DNA of 64,000 nucleotides from a virus. Location of the stretch: positions 32,792-96,791 of the IMG/VR virus record IMGVR_UViG_3300021139_001840; one strand, given 5' to 3'. Under the pieces are notes generated by a model. The model did no database searches, was not told where the DNA came from, and saw nothing but the letters and a program-made list of their open reading frames with translations. Positions within the stretch are counted from its first letter, which is position 1; each line of letters starts with the position of its first letter. Of this stretch, positions 27,974 through 38,614 are shown piece after piece. The position numbers and the translations under genes are program-made.

Positions 27974-30631
27974 TTGAGTTATGTAGATTGTCTATACGAT
28001 CGCGAACATGATCGTATCCATGTTGTAGAACGTGTCAACGGCGAACGTGTTTACAAAGAATATCCAGCTGATTATATCTTTTACTACAACGATCCGCGTG
28101 GTAAATTTACTTCAATATATGGCACTCCTGTTGCTCGTTTTTCCAGTCGCAACGCCAAAGAGTTTCGAAAAGAAGTTGCTATCCAACGTGGCAAACAACT
28201 TTATGAATCGGATATCAATCCTATATTCCGTTGTTTAGAAGAAAACTATAAAGGCAAAGATGCTCCTGAGCTTCAAACAGCGTTTTTTGACATTGAAGTA
28301 GACTTCCACAAAGACAAAGGATTTTCTCCTACCACTGATCCGTTCAACGCCATTACTGCCATTTCAGTTTACCTACAATGGATGAATCAACTGGTTACTT
28401 TAGTTGTTCCGCCCGCACATATGAGTTTGGCAACAGCGCAGGAAGTTGCCGCTGACTTTGAAAATTGTATTGTGTTCGAGCATGAAGCTGATATGCTTAA
28501 AACATTCCTTGACTTAATTGAAGATGCTGATGTTATATCCGGCTGGAATAGTGAAGGATATGACGTGCCATATACTATCAATCGTATTACTAGAATACTA
28601 AGCAAAGACGACACCCGTAGATTTTGTTTATGGGGCCAATACCCTAAACAACGAGAATTCGAACGCTTTGGCGCCACTAGTACAACTTATGATATTGTTG
28701 GTCGTGTACACATGGACTACATGCAATTATATCGCAAATACACATACGAAGAGCGACATAGTTACAGTTTAGATGCTATTGGTGAATATGAATTAAGTGA
28801 AAGTAAAACAGCATACGAAGGTACGCTAGATCAATTATATAATCAAAATTTTAAAAAGTTTATTGAATATAATAGACAAGATACATTGTTACTTGACAAG
28901 TTAGATAAAAAGTTGCGGTTTATCGAATTAGCAAATGAATTAGCTCACGCCAATACTGTATTACTTCCAACTACAATGGGAGCGGTGGCTGTAACTGAGC
29001 AAGCTATTATTAACGAAGCACATGAACGTGGGCTTGTTGTGCCAAATCGTAAACAAAGATTAACTGATGATGAAACTGCGGCTGCTGGTGCCTATGTTGC
29101 GTATCCCAAAAAAGGAACACATGAATGGGTAGGTGCTGTAGACATTAACTCTCTATATCCAAGTGCTATCCGCGCACTAAACATGGGAATGGAAACAGTA
29201 GTTGGGCAACTAAGACCTGTAATGACTGAACGTTATATCGACGAATTAGTATCTAAAGGAAAAACATTTGCCGCGGCTTGGGAAGGTGTATTTGCCAGTT
29301 TGGAATATACAGCAATCATGGAACAACAGCGTGGCACTGAAATTACTATTGACTGGCAGGACGGGGAACATTCAGTACATTCTGCTTCTGAAATATGGGA
29401 AATGATTTTTAATAGTAATCAACCTTGGATGTTAACAGCCAATGGCACTATCGTTACTTACGAAAAGAAAGGTGTCGTTCCTGGATTATTAGAGCGTTGG
29501 TATGCCGAACGAAAAGAAATGCAAGAAAAGAAAAAAGAAGCTACCGATCCTAAAGAAATTGCATTTTGGGATAAACGACAACTTGTAAAAAAGATTAACT
29601 TGAATAGCCTATACGGGGCAATTCTTAATCCGCATTGTAGATTTGCGGACAAACGTATTGGACAATCAACCACATTATCTGGACGCAGTATTGCTCGGCA
29701 TATGGCAGGTTATATCAACGAATGTATTACCGGCAAGTTTGATCATTTGGGTGATGCTATTGTATATGGCGATACAGACTCGTGTTATTTTAGTGCCTGG
29801 CCCGTTCTCAAAAAAGAAGTTGCGGCAGGCAATATGGAATGGAGCAAAGAAATTTGTATTCAATTATATGATTCAATTGCTGAACAAGTAAATTTATCGT
29901 TTCCAGCATTTATGGAACAAGCGTTCCACTGCCCTAGAGAAGCTGGTGAATTAATCAAAGCCGGTAGAGAATTAATAGCATCTAACAGTTTGTTCATTAC
30001 TAAAAAACGTTATGCTGTATTAATTTATGATTTAGAAAATAAACGTCTTGACATTAATGGGTCACATGGCAAAATTAAAGCTATGGGCTTAGATTTAAAA
30101 CGAAGCGATACACCAAAAGTTATTCAAGAATTTTTGTATGAAATTTTAGAAAAAGTATTGACAGGTACTACGAGAGATGAAATCGTAGACCGTATTCGAG
30201 AATTTAAATATGCGTTTGCTGAGCGTCCAGCCTGGGAAAAAGGAACTCCTAAACGTGTCAACAATTTAACCAAATATGGAAAAGCCGAAGAAGCTGAAGG
30301 CAAAGCAAATATGCCAGGGCATGTTCGAGCAGCATTGAACTGGAACAATATGCGTCGCATGAACAGCGACAATTATTCTATTGCGGTAGTTGACGGAATG
30401 AAAACCATTGTGTGTAAATTAAAACCCAATCCCATGGGATGGACTAGTATTGGATACCCAACTGACGAACAACGATTACCGGATTGGTTTAAAGAATTAC
30501 CCTTTGACGATGGATTAATGGAAGCTACTATTGTAGATCAAAAAATTGACAATTTATTAAGTGTATTAAACTGGGATTTAGCAAGTGCTACTAACACAGA
30601 AAATACATTCCAAACATTATTCGAGTTCTAA
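27974..30631 (+). CDS. family B DNA polymerase
   Basis: ExoI FDIE, ExoII GWNSEGYD, motif A DINSLYPS, motif B KINLNSLYG, motif C YGDTDS, KKRY; TTG start. Confidence 0.97.
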   Translation: MSYVDCLYDREHDRIHVVERVNGERVYKEYPADYIFYYNDPRGKFTSIYGTPVARFSSRNAKEFRKEVAIQRGKQLYESDINPIFRCLEENYKGKDAPELQTAFFDIEVDFHKDKGFSPTTDPFNAITAISVYLQWMNQLVTLVVPPAHMSLATAQEVAADFENCIVFEHEADMLKTFLDLIEDADVISGWNSEGYDVPYTINRITRILSKDDTRRFCLWGQYPKQREFERFGATSTTYDIVGRVHMDYMQLYRKYTYEERHSYSLDAIGEYELSESKTAYEGTLDQLYNQNFKKFIEYNRQDTLLLDKLDKKLRFIELANELAHANTVLLPTTMGAVAVTEQAIINEAHERGLVVPNRKQRLTDDETAAAGAYVAYPKKGTHEWVGAVDINSLYPSAIRALNMGMETVVGQLRPVMTERYIDELVSKGKTFAAAWEGVFASLEYTAIMEQQRGTEITIDWQDGEHSVHSASEIWEMIFNSNQPWMLTANGTIVTYEKKGVVPGLLERWYAERKEMQEKKKEATDPKEIAFWDKRQLVKKINLNSLYGAILNPHCRFADKRIGQSTTLSGRSIARHMAGYINECITGKFDHLGDAIVYGDTDSCYFSAWPVLKKEVAAGNMEWSKEICIQLYDSIAEQVNLSFPAFMEQAFHCPREAGELIKAGRELIASNSLFITKKRYAVLIYDLENKRLDINGSHGKIKAMGLDLKRSDTPKVIQEFLYEILEKVLTGTTRDEIVDRIREFKYAFAERPAWEKGTPKRVNNLTKYGKAEEAEGKANMPGHVRAALNWNNMRRMNSDNYSIAVVDGMKTIVCKLKPNPMGWTSIGYPTDEQRLPDWFKELPFDDGLMEATIVDQKIDNLLSVLNWDLASATNTENTFQTLFEF

Positions 30632-31549
30632 ATGCCTTTAAGCGATATTGTACTTGTAAAAACACAATTAGATAAATTATCGGCTATTCCAATTCAAAAA
30701 GTAGCTGTTCATTCATTAAATGAAATTACACAATTATCCAACAGACTGAATGATACAAAACAAACCATAGAACAAGCATTTGATAATTTTGAACATGAGC
30801 TTGACCAAGTTAAATTAGGAATAAAAAAAGACATAGAAGAAAGTGAAAAACACTGGTTTCAAGAAAGTTATAAATCTTATAAAGAAGTAATTGAATGGGA
30901 GTTATCTGAAGATCCTGATACTATATTTAAAATTAGAAAAGGGTATGTTGAGGATATGGAATTGTTGCGTAGTAGATTACGATTATACGTAGATTGGAAA
31001 TATGCCGCTATCGTTATTCATCCAGGACAAGAAGAATTTATAGAAGATATGGTAGGATTTGATCCATTATACATAATAGACGTAAAACACGATTTACTGT
31101 TATCAGCATTAGGAAAATTCCCTGAACAATATCAAAATCGATTACGCTCTTATACCATTACTGAAAATTTTGATAAAGATATTTTAGATAAGATACCCGA
31201 TAGTCAATTTGGGTTATGTTTGGCCTATAATTATTTAAATTATCGTCCGTTTGAAATGATAAAAAAATATTTAATTGAAATTTATCAAAAACTCAAACCA
31301 GGCGGAACATTTATCTTAACTTTTAACGATTGTGATAAAACAAGTGCTGTTAAACTAGTAGAAAAAAATGAACGGCCTTACACACCAGGGCATTTGATTA
31401 AAAGTTTTGCTGGGAGTTTAGGATACCAAATTGTATATACTGACAATACCGACCAAGCCAGTACTTGGTTAGAATTGTGTAAACCTGGTGAATTAACAAC
31501 AATAAAAGGTGGTCAAAGTTTGGCAGAAATAGTTTCAAAACCGTTGTAA
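30632..31549 (+). CDS. class I SAM-methyltransferase-like protein
   Basis: C-terminal YL.EIYQKLKPGGTFILTF pattern. Confidence 0.55.
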   Translation: MPLSDIVLVKTQLDKLSAIPIQKVAVHSLNEITQLSNRLNDTKQTIEQAFDNFEHELDQVKLGIKKDIEESEKHWFQESYKSYKEVIEWELSEDPDTIFKIRKGYVEDMELLRSRLRLYVDWKYAAIVIHPGQEEFIEDMVGFDPLYIIDVKHDLLLSALGKFPEQYQNRLRSYTITENFDKDILDKIPDSQFGLCLAYNYLNYRPFEMIKKYLIEIYQKLKPGGTFILTFNDCDKTSAVKLVEKNERPYTPGHLIKSFAGSLGYQIVYTDNTDQASTWLELCKPGELTTIKGGQSLAEIVSKPL

Positions 31550-31598
31550 AATCTAAATAAAGCTGTTATACTATTAACATTACATAAAGGAAATATAA

Positions 31599-32321
31599 AT
31601 GCGTGATAATCTTTTGGACTTAGTTAGTCATACTTTTGACTTGGGTTGTATTGATCAAGTTAAAGTTGTTGGAACTGATAAAGAAACAAGCATCAGTGGT
31701 TTAGCTGAAGACCGTTCAGTTGTAGTAGAGGGAACTTTGTCTAACCCAGTGGCTGAATTTATTGGTACATTTGGCATGCCAAATTTATCCAAACTTAAAA
31801 TTCTTTTGAACTTACAAGAATATAAGGAAAATGCCAAGTTAACCATTAATCGTAAAGATACTGGTGCTCCAGATCAACTTAACTTTGAAAATAAATCTGG
31901 TGACTTTAAAAATAGCTATCGTTTTATGGCGGCAGAAGTTGCCAATGAGCGTATTAAAACTGTTAAATTTAAAGGTGCTAAATGGAATATTGAATTTGAG
32001 CCAACAACGGCTGCGATTCAGCGTTTGAAAATGCAAGCGGCTGCTAATTCAGAAGAAAATAATTTTCAAGCTAAAACAGAAGATGGCGACTTAAAGTTTT
32101 ACTTTGGCGACCATTCAACTCACGCTGGTAATTTTGTATTTCAAACTAACGTAGAAGGCACACTTAAACGTGCTTGGTCTTGGCCAGTTAAAACTGTGAT
32201 TGGCATTCTTGATTTGTATGGCGATAAAGTTATGCGCATTAGTGATGATGGAGCGGCACAGATTACTGTTGATTCTGGGCTTGCTGTTTACAACTTTATT
32301 TTACCAGCACAATCTAAGTGA
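31599..32321 (+). CDS. probable DNA sliding clamp (gp45/PCNA-like)
   Basis: 240 aa, two-domain alpha/beta pattern, ends YNFILPA, near PolB; clamp loader present. Confidence 0.55.
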   Translation: MRDNLLDLVSHTFDLGCIDQVKVVGTDKETSISGLAEDRSVVVEGTLSNPVAEFIGTFGMPNLSKLKILLNLQEYKENAKLTINRKDTGAPDQLNFENKSGDFKNSYRFMAAEVANERIKTVKFKGAKWNIEFEPTTAAIQRLKMQAAANSEENNFQAKTEDGDLKFYFGDHSTHAGNFVFQTNVEGTLKRAWSWPVKTVIGILDLYGDKVMRISDDGAAQITVDSGLAVYNFILPAQSK

Positions 32322-34042
32322 TCAAAGAAAACACCCCAACACCTGAACCAATAGTACAGGACGATCTTACTGCCAAGCAGTCGGACTATGCATTGTTCCT
32401 TCCGGCTCTTAGCGGCTTCTATGGTACTTTTATTGGCAAACAGCGTAGTGGACCTTTTGTAGCTCCTACTCGTATGCCTGCAAAGATCAAAGATATGGAA
32501 ATGCTTAACTGGTTAAACAAACAAAAAGGATTATTTCCATACAAGTGGAGTTTGTATTCGGCTGGTCATGCCAACTTAGATCTCACTAAGCAAGATTGGA
32601 ACGAAGATATGATACGAAATCGTGACCGTGCTAATACATTTGTATTGGGTGATTCGGGTGGTTTCCAAATTGGTAAAGGTGTGTGGGCCGGTGAATGGCG
32701 TGATCCCAATGGACCAGAAGTTCGAGCTAAGATGGCAGAAGCTCAAGCTAAAGGCATTGAACAAGTTCCTGCGCTTAAACCAGATGGCACACCCAAACAT
32801 GATAAAAATGGTAACACCAAGTACACTAAAATTGATCACGTAAAAGATTATCAAAACAAATTAGATGCGGCACAGAAAAAACGTGAAGCGGTCCTCACTT
32901 GGATGGATGGTATTATGGACTATGGCATGGTTCTTGATATCCCGGCTTGGGTAGAACGCAGTCCGGCGGGTCGTAAAGCAACAGGTATTGAATCATATCA
33001 ACAAGCGGTTGAAGCTACCAAATATAACAACGAATACTTTATTAAACATCGCAATGGTAACTGTAAGTTTTTAAATGTACTACAAGGTGAGAATCACGCA
33101 CAAGCAGATGACTGGTATGCACAAATGAAAGACTTTTGCGATCCAAACATCTACGGTGATAAAGCATTTAATGGTTGGGCCATGGGCGGCCAGAATATGT
33201 GTGATGTAGACTTAGTCTTGCGGAGATTGGTAGCCTTGAAGTTTGATGGATTGCTTAAAGAAGGGCAACACGATTGGATGCATTTCTTAGGCACAAGTAA
33301 ATTAGAATGGGCATTACTATTAACAGATATTCAGCGTGCCATTCGCAAGTATGTAAACCCAAGTTTTACTATATCGTTTGACTGTGCCAGTCCATTTTTG
33401 GCAACTGCTAACGGTCAAGTGTATCATCAAATAGATATTGAAGACAGACAAAAGTGGTGTTATCGTATGAGTTTTATTGCTGACAATAAAAAGTACTCCA
33501 CTGATACACGTTCATACCGCGATGCTGTGCTACAAGATGGATTAATTGGTCATTTTGATGATAGTCCTGTTAGTAAAAATTTACAAATTAAAGATGTTTG
33601 TTATTATCAACCAGGAATGCTAAACAAAATTGGTAAAGAAGGTAAAACCTCTTGGGATTCGTTTAGTTACGCATTACTAATGAGTCACAATGTTTGGTTG
33701 CATTTAGAATCGGTACAACGTGCTAATCGAGAATACGATGCTGGCAAATGTCCCAATATGCTTGTAGATGAACGCTTTGATACTGTATACTTTAAAGATG
33801 TAATAGAAGCTATATTTTCTGCTCCAGATCGCGAAACTGCCATTGCTATTATTGATTTGTATGATAAGTTTTGGCAAAGCATTATTGGCACCCGCGGGGC
33901 TACAGGCAAAAAAACTGTTAATGCTAGTACCATGTTTAGCAATTTATTTGCTGCAGAAGAACCAGAGCCAGATGAACATTATCTTGATGATTCTGGATTA
34001 GATGAATCTAAACTTGATGAATTGGAAAATAGTAATGCCTAA
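32318..34042 (+). CDS. dpdA: DpdA-like 7-deazaguanine DNA transglycosylase (TGT family)
   Basis: LGDSGGFQ, MVLDIP, LNVLQG, GWAMGG, HFLG, SFDCAS; folE/queD/queE nearby. Confidence 0.8.
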   Translation: MIKENTPTPEPIVQDDLTAKQSDYALFLPALSGFYGTFIGKQRSGPFVAPTRMPAKIKDMEMLNWLNKQKGLFPYKWSLYSAGHANLDLTKQDWNEDMIRNRDRANTFVLGDSGGFQIGKGVWAGEWRDPNGPEVRAKMAEAQAKGIEQVPALKPDGTPKHDKNGNTKYTKIDHVKDYQNKLDAAQKKREAVLTWMDGIMDYGMVLDIPAWVERSPAGRKATGIESYQQAVEATKYNNEYFIKHRNGNCKFLNVLQGENHAQADDWYAQMKDFCDPNIYGDKAFNGWAMGGQNMCDVDLVLRRLVALKFDGLLKEGQHDWMHFLGTSKLEWALLLTDIQRAIRKYVNPSFTISFDCASPFLATANGQVYHQIDIEDRQKWCYRMSFIADNKKYSTDTRSYRDAVLQDGLIGHFDDSPVSKNLQIKDVCYYQPGMLNKIGKEGKTSWDSFSYALLMSHNVWLHLESVQRANREYDAGKCPNMLVDERFDTVYFKDVIEAIFSAPDRETAIAIIDLYDKFWQSIIGTRGATGKKTVNASTMFSNLFAAEEPEPDEHYLDDSGLDESKLDELENSNA

Positions 34043-34214
34043 CACTCGACTTAAAAAATTAGAAGAAGAACATATAGCACTCAACAAACGAATTGATGGT
34101 TTGGAAAGTACAGGCGTGTTTGATGATGTAACCCTTGAAGTTTTAAAAAAACAAAAATTACATTTGCGTGATAAAATTCTTAAATTAAAATATAACCACG
34201 AGTCCAACGATTAA
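34035..34214 (+). CDS. DUF465/YdcH-like small coiled-coil protein
   Basis: LEEEH..L.KRI...LKKQKLHLRDKI. Confidence 0.65.
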   Translation: MPNTRLKKLEEEHIALNKRIDGLESTGVFDDVTLEVLKKQKLHLRDKILKLKYNHESND

Positions 34215-35101
34215 TGAAAAGTCTTATTGTAGGAATGGGTATTGGTCAGTTATACAAACAGGTATTAACTGAACTTGGACATGAGATTGTAACTGTAGAT
34301 CCAGATATTAGCCGCGGTGCTGATTTACCATCAGTTATGGCAGCTATTCTTGCTCATGATCGATTTGATACTGTACATATTTGTACTCCCAACTTTACGC
34401 ACGAAGAAATAGCAAGACAAGTAGCACCATATAGTCGTGTTGTGTTTATTGAAAAACCAGGATTAGAATCTACAGTAGCTTGGCTTAATATAACTGAAGA
34501 CTACCCCAAAACACGTTTTATAATGGTCAAAAATAATATGTGGCGTGATAACTTAGATGAATTGCGTAGCTATGTTGACAACAGTAATACTATAAAATTT
34601 AAATGGATTAACAAAAATCGTATTCCTGGTCCAGGTACTTGGTTTACTACTAAGTCATTAGCATACGGCGGAGTTAGTAGAGATTTACTTCCACACTTAT
34701 TGAGTTTGTACATAGCACTTGACAATAATTGGACTATGACACATGTGACTGGTTATGAATCGCGCCAAGTACACGCATTAGATACTATTGGTGATACTGA
34801 ATATGGCGCTGTTGATAAAAACGGCATATACGATGTTGATGATATGTGTAAAATTAAATTTATGAGTCAACATAAAACTTGGAAATTAGAAGCCAACTGG
34901 GCCAGTGGTAAAGAAGACGATCGTGCTATAGAGTTTGAATTAAATGATGGAACAATAAAAAGATTTGAATTAGGATTATGTCCAGAATCCGCTTATCTAA
35001 ATATGATTAAAGATGTTGTTGCCAATATTGATAACGATGAGTTTTGGCAAGACCAGTTAACCAAAGATTTGTGGATCCATAAAAGAGTAGAAAACATATG
35101 A
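34214..35101 (+). CDS. Gfo/Idh/MocA family oxidoreductase
   Basis: IVGMGIG, ICTPNFTH, IEKP, GGVSRDLLPH. Confidence 0.85.
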   Translation: MKSLIVGMGIGQLYKQVLTELGHEIVTVDPDISRGADLPSVMAAILAHDRFDTVHICTPNFTHEEIARQVAPYSRVVFIEKPGLESTVAWLNITEDYPKTRFIMVKNNMWRDNLDELRSYVDNSNTIKFKWINKNRIPGPGTWFTTKSLAYGGVSRDLLPHLLSLYIALDNNWTMTHVTGYESRQVHALDTIGDTEYGAVDKNGIYDVDDMCKIKFMSQHKTWKLEANWASGKEDDRAIEFELNDGTIKRFELGLCPESAYLNMIKDVVANIDNDEFWQDQLTKDLWIHKRVENI

Positions 35102-35991
35102 GAACTCGAATTTTATATACAGACGGTAAAGGTAAATTTGTAGAAACTATTTACGATAAACCTGATTGCGGTGAAAATGAAATTGTAGTCAAGGCTTTAA
35201 TGACTGGGGTATGTCGATCAGACATTGACATGATGCAGGGTAATTTTGGACCATTGCCACTTGATATGAACGGCCACGAAGGCATCGGGGAAGTTATAAT
35301 TGTTGGGGCAAATGTTAATGATATATCCATAGGAGATTATGTTGCTACCCGTGGGGAACCTGCCTATGCTGATTATTACAATGTTAGAGATGGCGAATTT
35401 GTTAAAATACCAGAAGCACATCCACGCTACATATTAGAACCTGTGGCTTGTGGTATGAATGTGGTACGTCAAGCAAGTAAAGAGATTGAACTACGCTCAG
35501 GTCCAGGTAAAAAATTATTGATACTAGGTAGTGGATTCTTGGCATGGGTAGCTTATCATACATTAAAGATTGAAGGTTACGATATAGAAGTTGATGTAGT
35601 AGGATCATCTAACATAGATATTTGGGGTGACATACTATTACTAGGTACAACTGAAAAATATGATGTAGTCATAGATCTCAGCGGAAAAGATGATGTATTC
35701 AATGGTGATTTATTAAACGAAGGCGCATTAATCATTATGGGTGCGCAAAAGAAAGTTACTACAGATTTTGGTAATTTACTTTGGAAAGCCTGTACAATGA
35801 TATTTCCAAGCCCTAGAAATCCAGATTTCCTTTATGCTATGAAACGAGCAGAATATTGGATAACTTCTGGTAAACTAAATGTTGATTATTTTTGGACCAG
35901 AAGTTATAATAGAAATACAGAATGGCAACAAGCCTTCGACGATGGCTTAAATCGTCCTAACAATTATAGCCGCGGCTACATTGTTTGGTAA
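35098..35991 (+). CDS. MDR-family (zinc-type) alcohol/sugar dehydrogenase
   Basis: GVCRSD, GHEGIG, EPVAC, ILGSGFL. Confidence 0.85.
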   Translation: MRTRILYTDGKGKFVETIYDKPDCGENEIVVKALMTGVCRSDIDMMQGNFGPLPLDMNGHEGIGEVIIVGANVNDISIGDYVATRGEPAYADYYNVRDGEFVKIPEAHPRYILEPVACGMNVVRQASKEIELRSGPGKKLLILGSGFLAWVAYHTLKIEGYDIEVDVVGSSNIDIWGDILLLGTTEKYDVVIDLSGKDDVFNGDLLNEGALIIMGAQKKVTTDFGNLLWKACTMIFPSPRNPDFLYAMKRAEYWITSGKLNVDYFWTRSYNRNTEWQQAFDDGLNRPNNYSRGYIVW

Positions 35992-35996
35992 ATTAA

Positions 35997-36512
35997 ATGT
36001 TAGATACAAATGAACGACAAGCGGTAACTTATTTTGTAGGGTATGAAGTAGAACATACTATTTGTCATGGTATGAAAACACTATTTGTAGTTGGTACACC
36101 TCCTGTTGATGAAATATTAGACAAAGCCAAAGCCAACGATTGCAAACATATCTATTTTGGAACTAGTCAAAGTTTTAACCCGGTCGCTGTATCGCATGAA
36201 GAATATAGAGCATGGGATTTAGTAATTGTTTCCTGTTTAGAGGCAGACTACTGGGTAACACTAGATTTTGATGTTAAACACGCAGAAGGTATACTTGAAT
36301 CTAGTTACTGCGAATATCAAAAGTTTGTTCCTATGATTAGCGTAAAACTTCCTTATATTAATCAATTTAATTACAACGCTACAATTAAATTAGATGATTT
36401 AACTTGGGGCAAAACTAACCCTGGTGTTTGGACACATCAGCTCAATGAATTAATGACTAAAAACAAATATACATATTGGGATCAATATACTCAAGATGAG
36501 GAAATCAAATAA
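35997..36512 (+). CDS. hypothetical protein in the deazaguanine cluster
   Basis: 171 aa; G.EVEHT..GMKTLFVVG..HIYFG. Confidence 0.7.
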   Translation: MLDTNERQAVTYFVGYEVEHTICHGMKTLFVVGTPPVDEILDKAKANDCKHIYFGTSQSFNPVAVSHEEYRAWDLVIVSCLEADYWVTLDFDVKHAEGILESSYCEYQKFVPMISVKLPYINQFNYNATIKLDDLTWGKTNPGVWTHQLNELMTKNKYTYWDQYTQDEEIK

Positions 36513-36808
36513 TGTTACCACGTAAATGGAGACTCGCTATGTTAAACTGGCTCGGTGCTGGCTACATGACTATAGAAAAAAACGACGATTTTGACTCTAT
36601 TGCGATTGAAGATTGTTCAGGCCCATCAATTGAAATTGAGGGATTGACTTTTAATGTAATGCCGGCACAAGGAGGTACTATTGTACAACTTCGCAAGTAT
36701 GATGACAAGCTCAATCGTAATAGTTATTCCACGCATATTATCGCAGAAGGCGAAGATGTGGCAGAAACAATTGGTAAAATCGTAGCAATAGAACTTTGGA
36801 AGGCTTAA
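36512..36808 (+). CDS. hypothetical protein
   Basis: 98 aa coupled ORF. Confidence 0.65.
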   Translation: MLPRKWRLAMLNWLGAGYMTIEKNDDFDSIAIEDCSGPSIEIEGLTFNVMPAQGGTIVQLRKYDDKLNRNSYSTHIIAEGEDVAETIGKIVAIELWKA

Positions 36809-36809
36809 C

Positions 36810-37262
36810 ATGGATCAAAGACAACAGATATTAGCAGAAACAGCTATTCGTATTATGGAAAAAGCTGAACGTAAAATTTGGGTTACGTTTCGCAAAGAAG
36901 GGATGCATCGCTATCCAGCGGCAGCCACAGATCCAAACTTATGTACAGCGGGAGAATATGATGTATCGTTCCTTGCTAACGCTCACCGCCATATTTTTCA
37001 TTTCAGGGTCTGGATTGATGTGTTCCATAATGATCGCGATTTGGAGTTCATACAATGTAAACGCTGGTTAGAAAGTTTGTATAGCAAAGATATTTTAGAA
37101 CTCGATTTTAAGTCATGTGAAATGATAGCCGATGACTTGTATGTACAAATAGCCGCCAGGTATCCTGAACGTGCTGTATGGATTGAAGTAGCCGAAGATG
37201 GTGAGAACGGTTGCCTCATAAAGTATGAACTTTCTCGCCCAACAAATAGTATTAAATTTTAA
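36810..37262 (+). CDS. QueD-like T-fold protein (DpdL-like)
   Basis: LANAHRHIF (LxxxHRHxF), RDLEFI, SCEM, EDGENG. Confidence 0.65.
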   Translation: MDQRQQILAETAIRIMEKAERKIWVTFRKEGMHRYPAAATDPNLCTAGEYDVSFLANAHRHIFHFRVWIDVFHNDRDLEFIQCKRWLESLYSKDILELDFKSCEMIADDLYVQIAARYPERAVWIEVAEDGENGCLIKYELSRPTNSIKF

Positions 37263-37271
37263 GGAAATATA

Positions 37272-37493
37272 ATGGGTAAGCAACAACACAAACCCAGTGC
37301 TCGCGCACTCGCTGTACATGATGATCTAGGTAAGTTTTTGGATTTCTGTGTTGAATACGGATACAGATATAATGAAAACGATTTGTATAATTTCAAAGCA
37401 TATGCTTGGCAACAGTATAACAAATTTGTTCAAGGCAAAAACGCTAAGAATATGTGGGTTGAAGATGCACGCCGTTTAGGAAGAGCAATTTGA
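37272..37493 (+). CDS. hypothetical protein
   Basis: 73 aa with AAGGA RBS. Confidence 0.7.
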   Translation: MGKQQHKPSARALAVHDDLGKFLDFCVEYGYRYNENDLYNFKAYAWQQYNKFVQGKNAKNMWVEDARRLGRAI

Positions 37494-38563
37494 CCGTTTT
37501 TTTAGTCGATCTCGAAAGTGTTTCCACTCGTTATACTTGCGAGTGGAAAACTCACTTACCAACACTTTTACGCAAGGCAGGACACAATGTTCAAGTTATC
37601 TCTGGGCCTGAGGATATTCCTTCAGCCACTACTCCTGGTGCTTTTCTTAATTTTGGTGGCACCAATATATACAAGTCTAGTCAAGTTGAACAAATGGGGC
37701 GTCTATTTTGCGCCGGATCAGTACAGCCTGGCGATCACTTCTTGTTTACCGATGCTTGGCATCCTGGTGTCATCAACTTAAAATACATGAGTGAGTTATT
37801 ACAGATTCCTGTAACACTACACGGTTTATGGCACAGCGGTAGTTATGATCCTGAAGATTTTCTAGGGCGTTTAATTGGAGATAAACCTTGGGTTAGATTC
37901 GCTGAGAAGAGTTTCTTTGAAGCATTTGATCATAACTACTTTGCTACCGAATTCCATATCAATATGTTTTGTAAGAATTTGTTACATATTGGAATGACAC
38001 AAACTATTGATGGTTTTAAAGAGTTAGGAAAGATTGTACAAACAGGATGGCCAATGGAATATATGGAGGAAACGTTGGCTCCATATAAAAATTTACCTAA
38101 ACGCGATTTAATCGTATTCCCGCACAGAATCGCTCCAGAAAAACAAGTTGAAATATTTAGAGATTTGGCACATTGGTTACCAGACTATGAATTCGTTGTT
38201 TGTCAAGACCATCAATTAACTAAGCACGAATATCACACATTGTTAGGTGAAGCAAAAATAGTATTCAGTGCCAACTTACAAGAAACATTGGGAATTAGTT
38301 GTTACGAGGGAGCCATATTAGATTGTATTCCTCTTGTTCCCGATAGATTAAGTTATCGAGAAATGTATCAAGATAATTTTAAATATCCCAGTGCTTGGAC
38401 CAAAAACTTTAAATCATATGAATTACATCGAGCAGATATATGTAAAACTATATTTGAAGATATCGAAACATATGATATTCGAAGACCATACATTGCTAAA
38501 CAAGCCAAAAGTTTAACCGAACGATTCTTTTCGGCGACAAATTTATTAAACAATTTAAAATAA
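37490..38563 (+). CDS. GT-B glycosyltransferase
   Basis: FPHRIAPEKQ, LQETLGIS..EG..PLVPDRLSY. Confidence 0.8.
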   Translation: MTVFLVDLESVSTRYTCEWKTHLPTLLRKAGHNVQVISGPEDIPSATTPGAFLNFGGTNIYKSSQVEQMGRLFCAGSVQPGDHFLFTDAWHPGVINLKYMSELLQIPVTLHGLWHSGSYDPEDFLGRLIGDKPWVRFAEKSFFEAFDHNYFATEFHINMFCKNLLHIGMTQTIDGFKELGKIVQTGWPMEYMEETLAPYKNLPKRDLIVFPHRIAPEKQVEIFRDLAHWLPDYEFVVCQDHQLTKHEYHTLLGEAKIVFSANLQETLGISCYEGAILDCIPLVPDRLSYREMYQDNFKYPSAWTKNFKSYELHRADICKTIFEDIETYDIRRPYIAKQAKSLTERFFSATNLLNNLK

Positions 38564-38614
38564 CAGTTGACAAGAACCTAAATAAACCTGTATAATGTAT
38601 TACACGGAGAACTT

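Noticed and set aside
27974-30631. Intron or intein in the DNA polymerase (also considered for clpA and rnh)
   Set aside because: The ORFs are continuous with normal motif spacing and no intein splice motifs.
32318-34042. tRNA-guanine transglycosylase acting on tRNA
   Set aside because: It lacks the bacterial Tgt C-terminal CxCxxC zinc motif and sits beside replication and precursor genes, which fits DNA-acting DpdA better; not proven.
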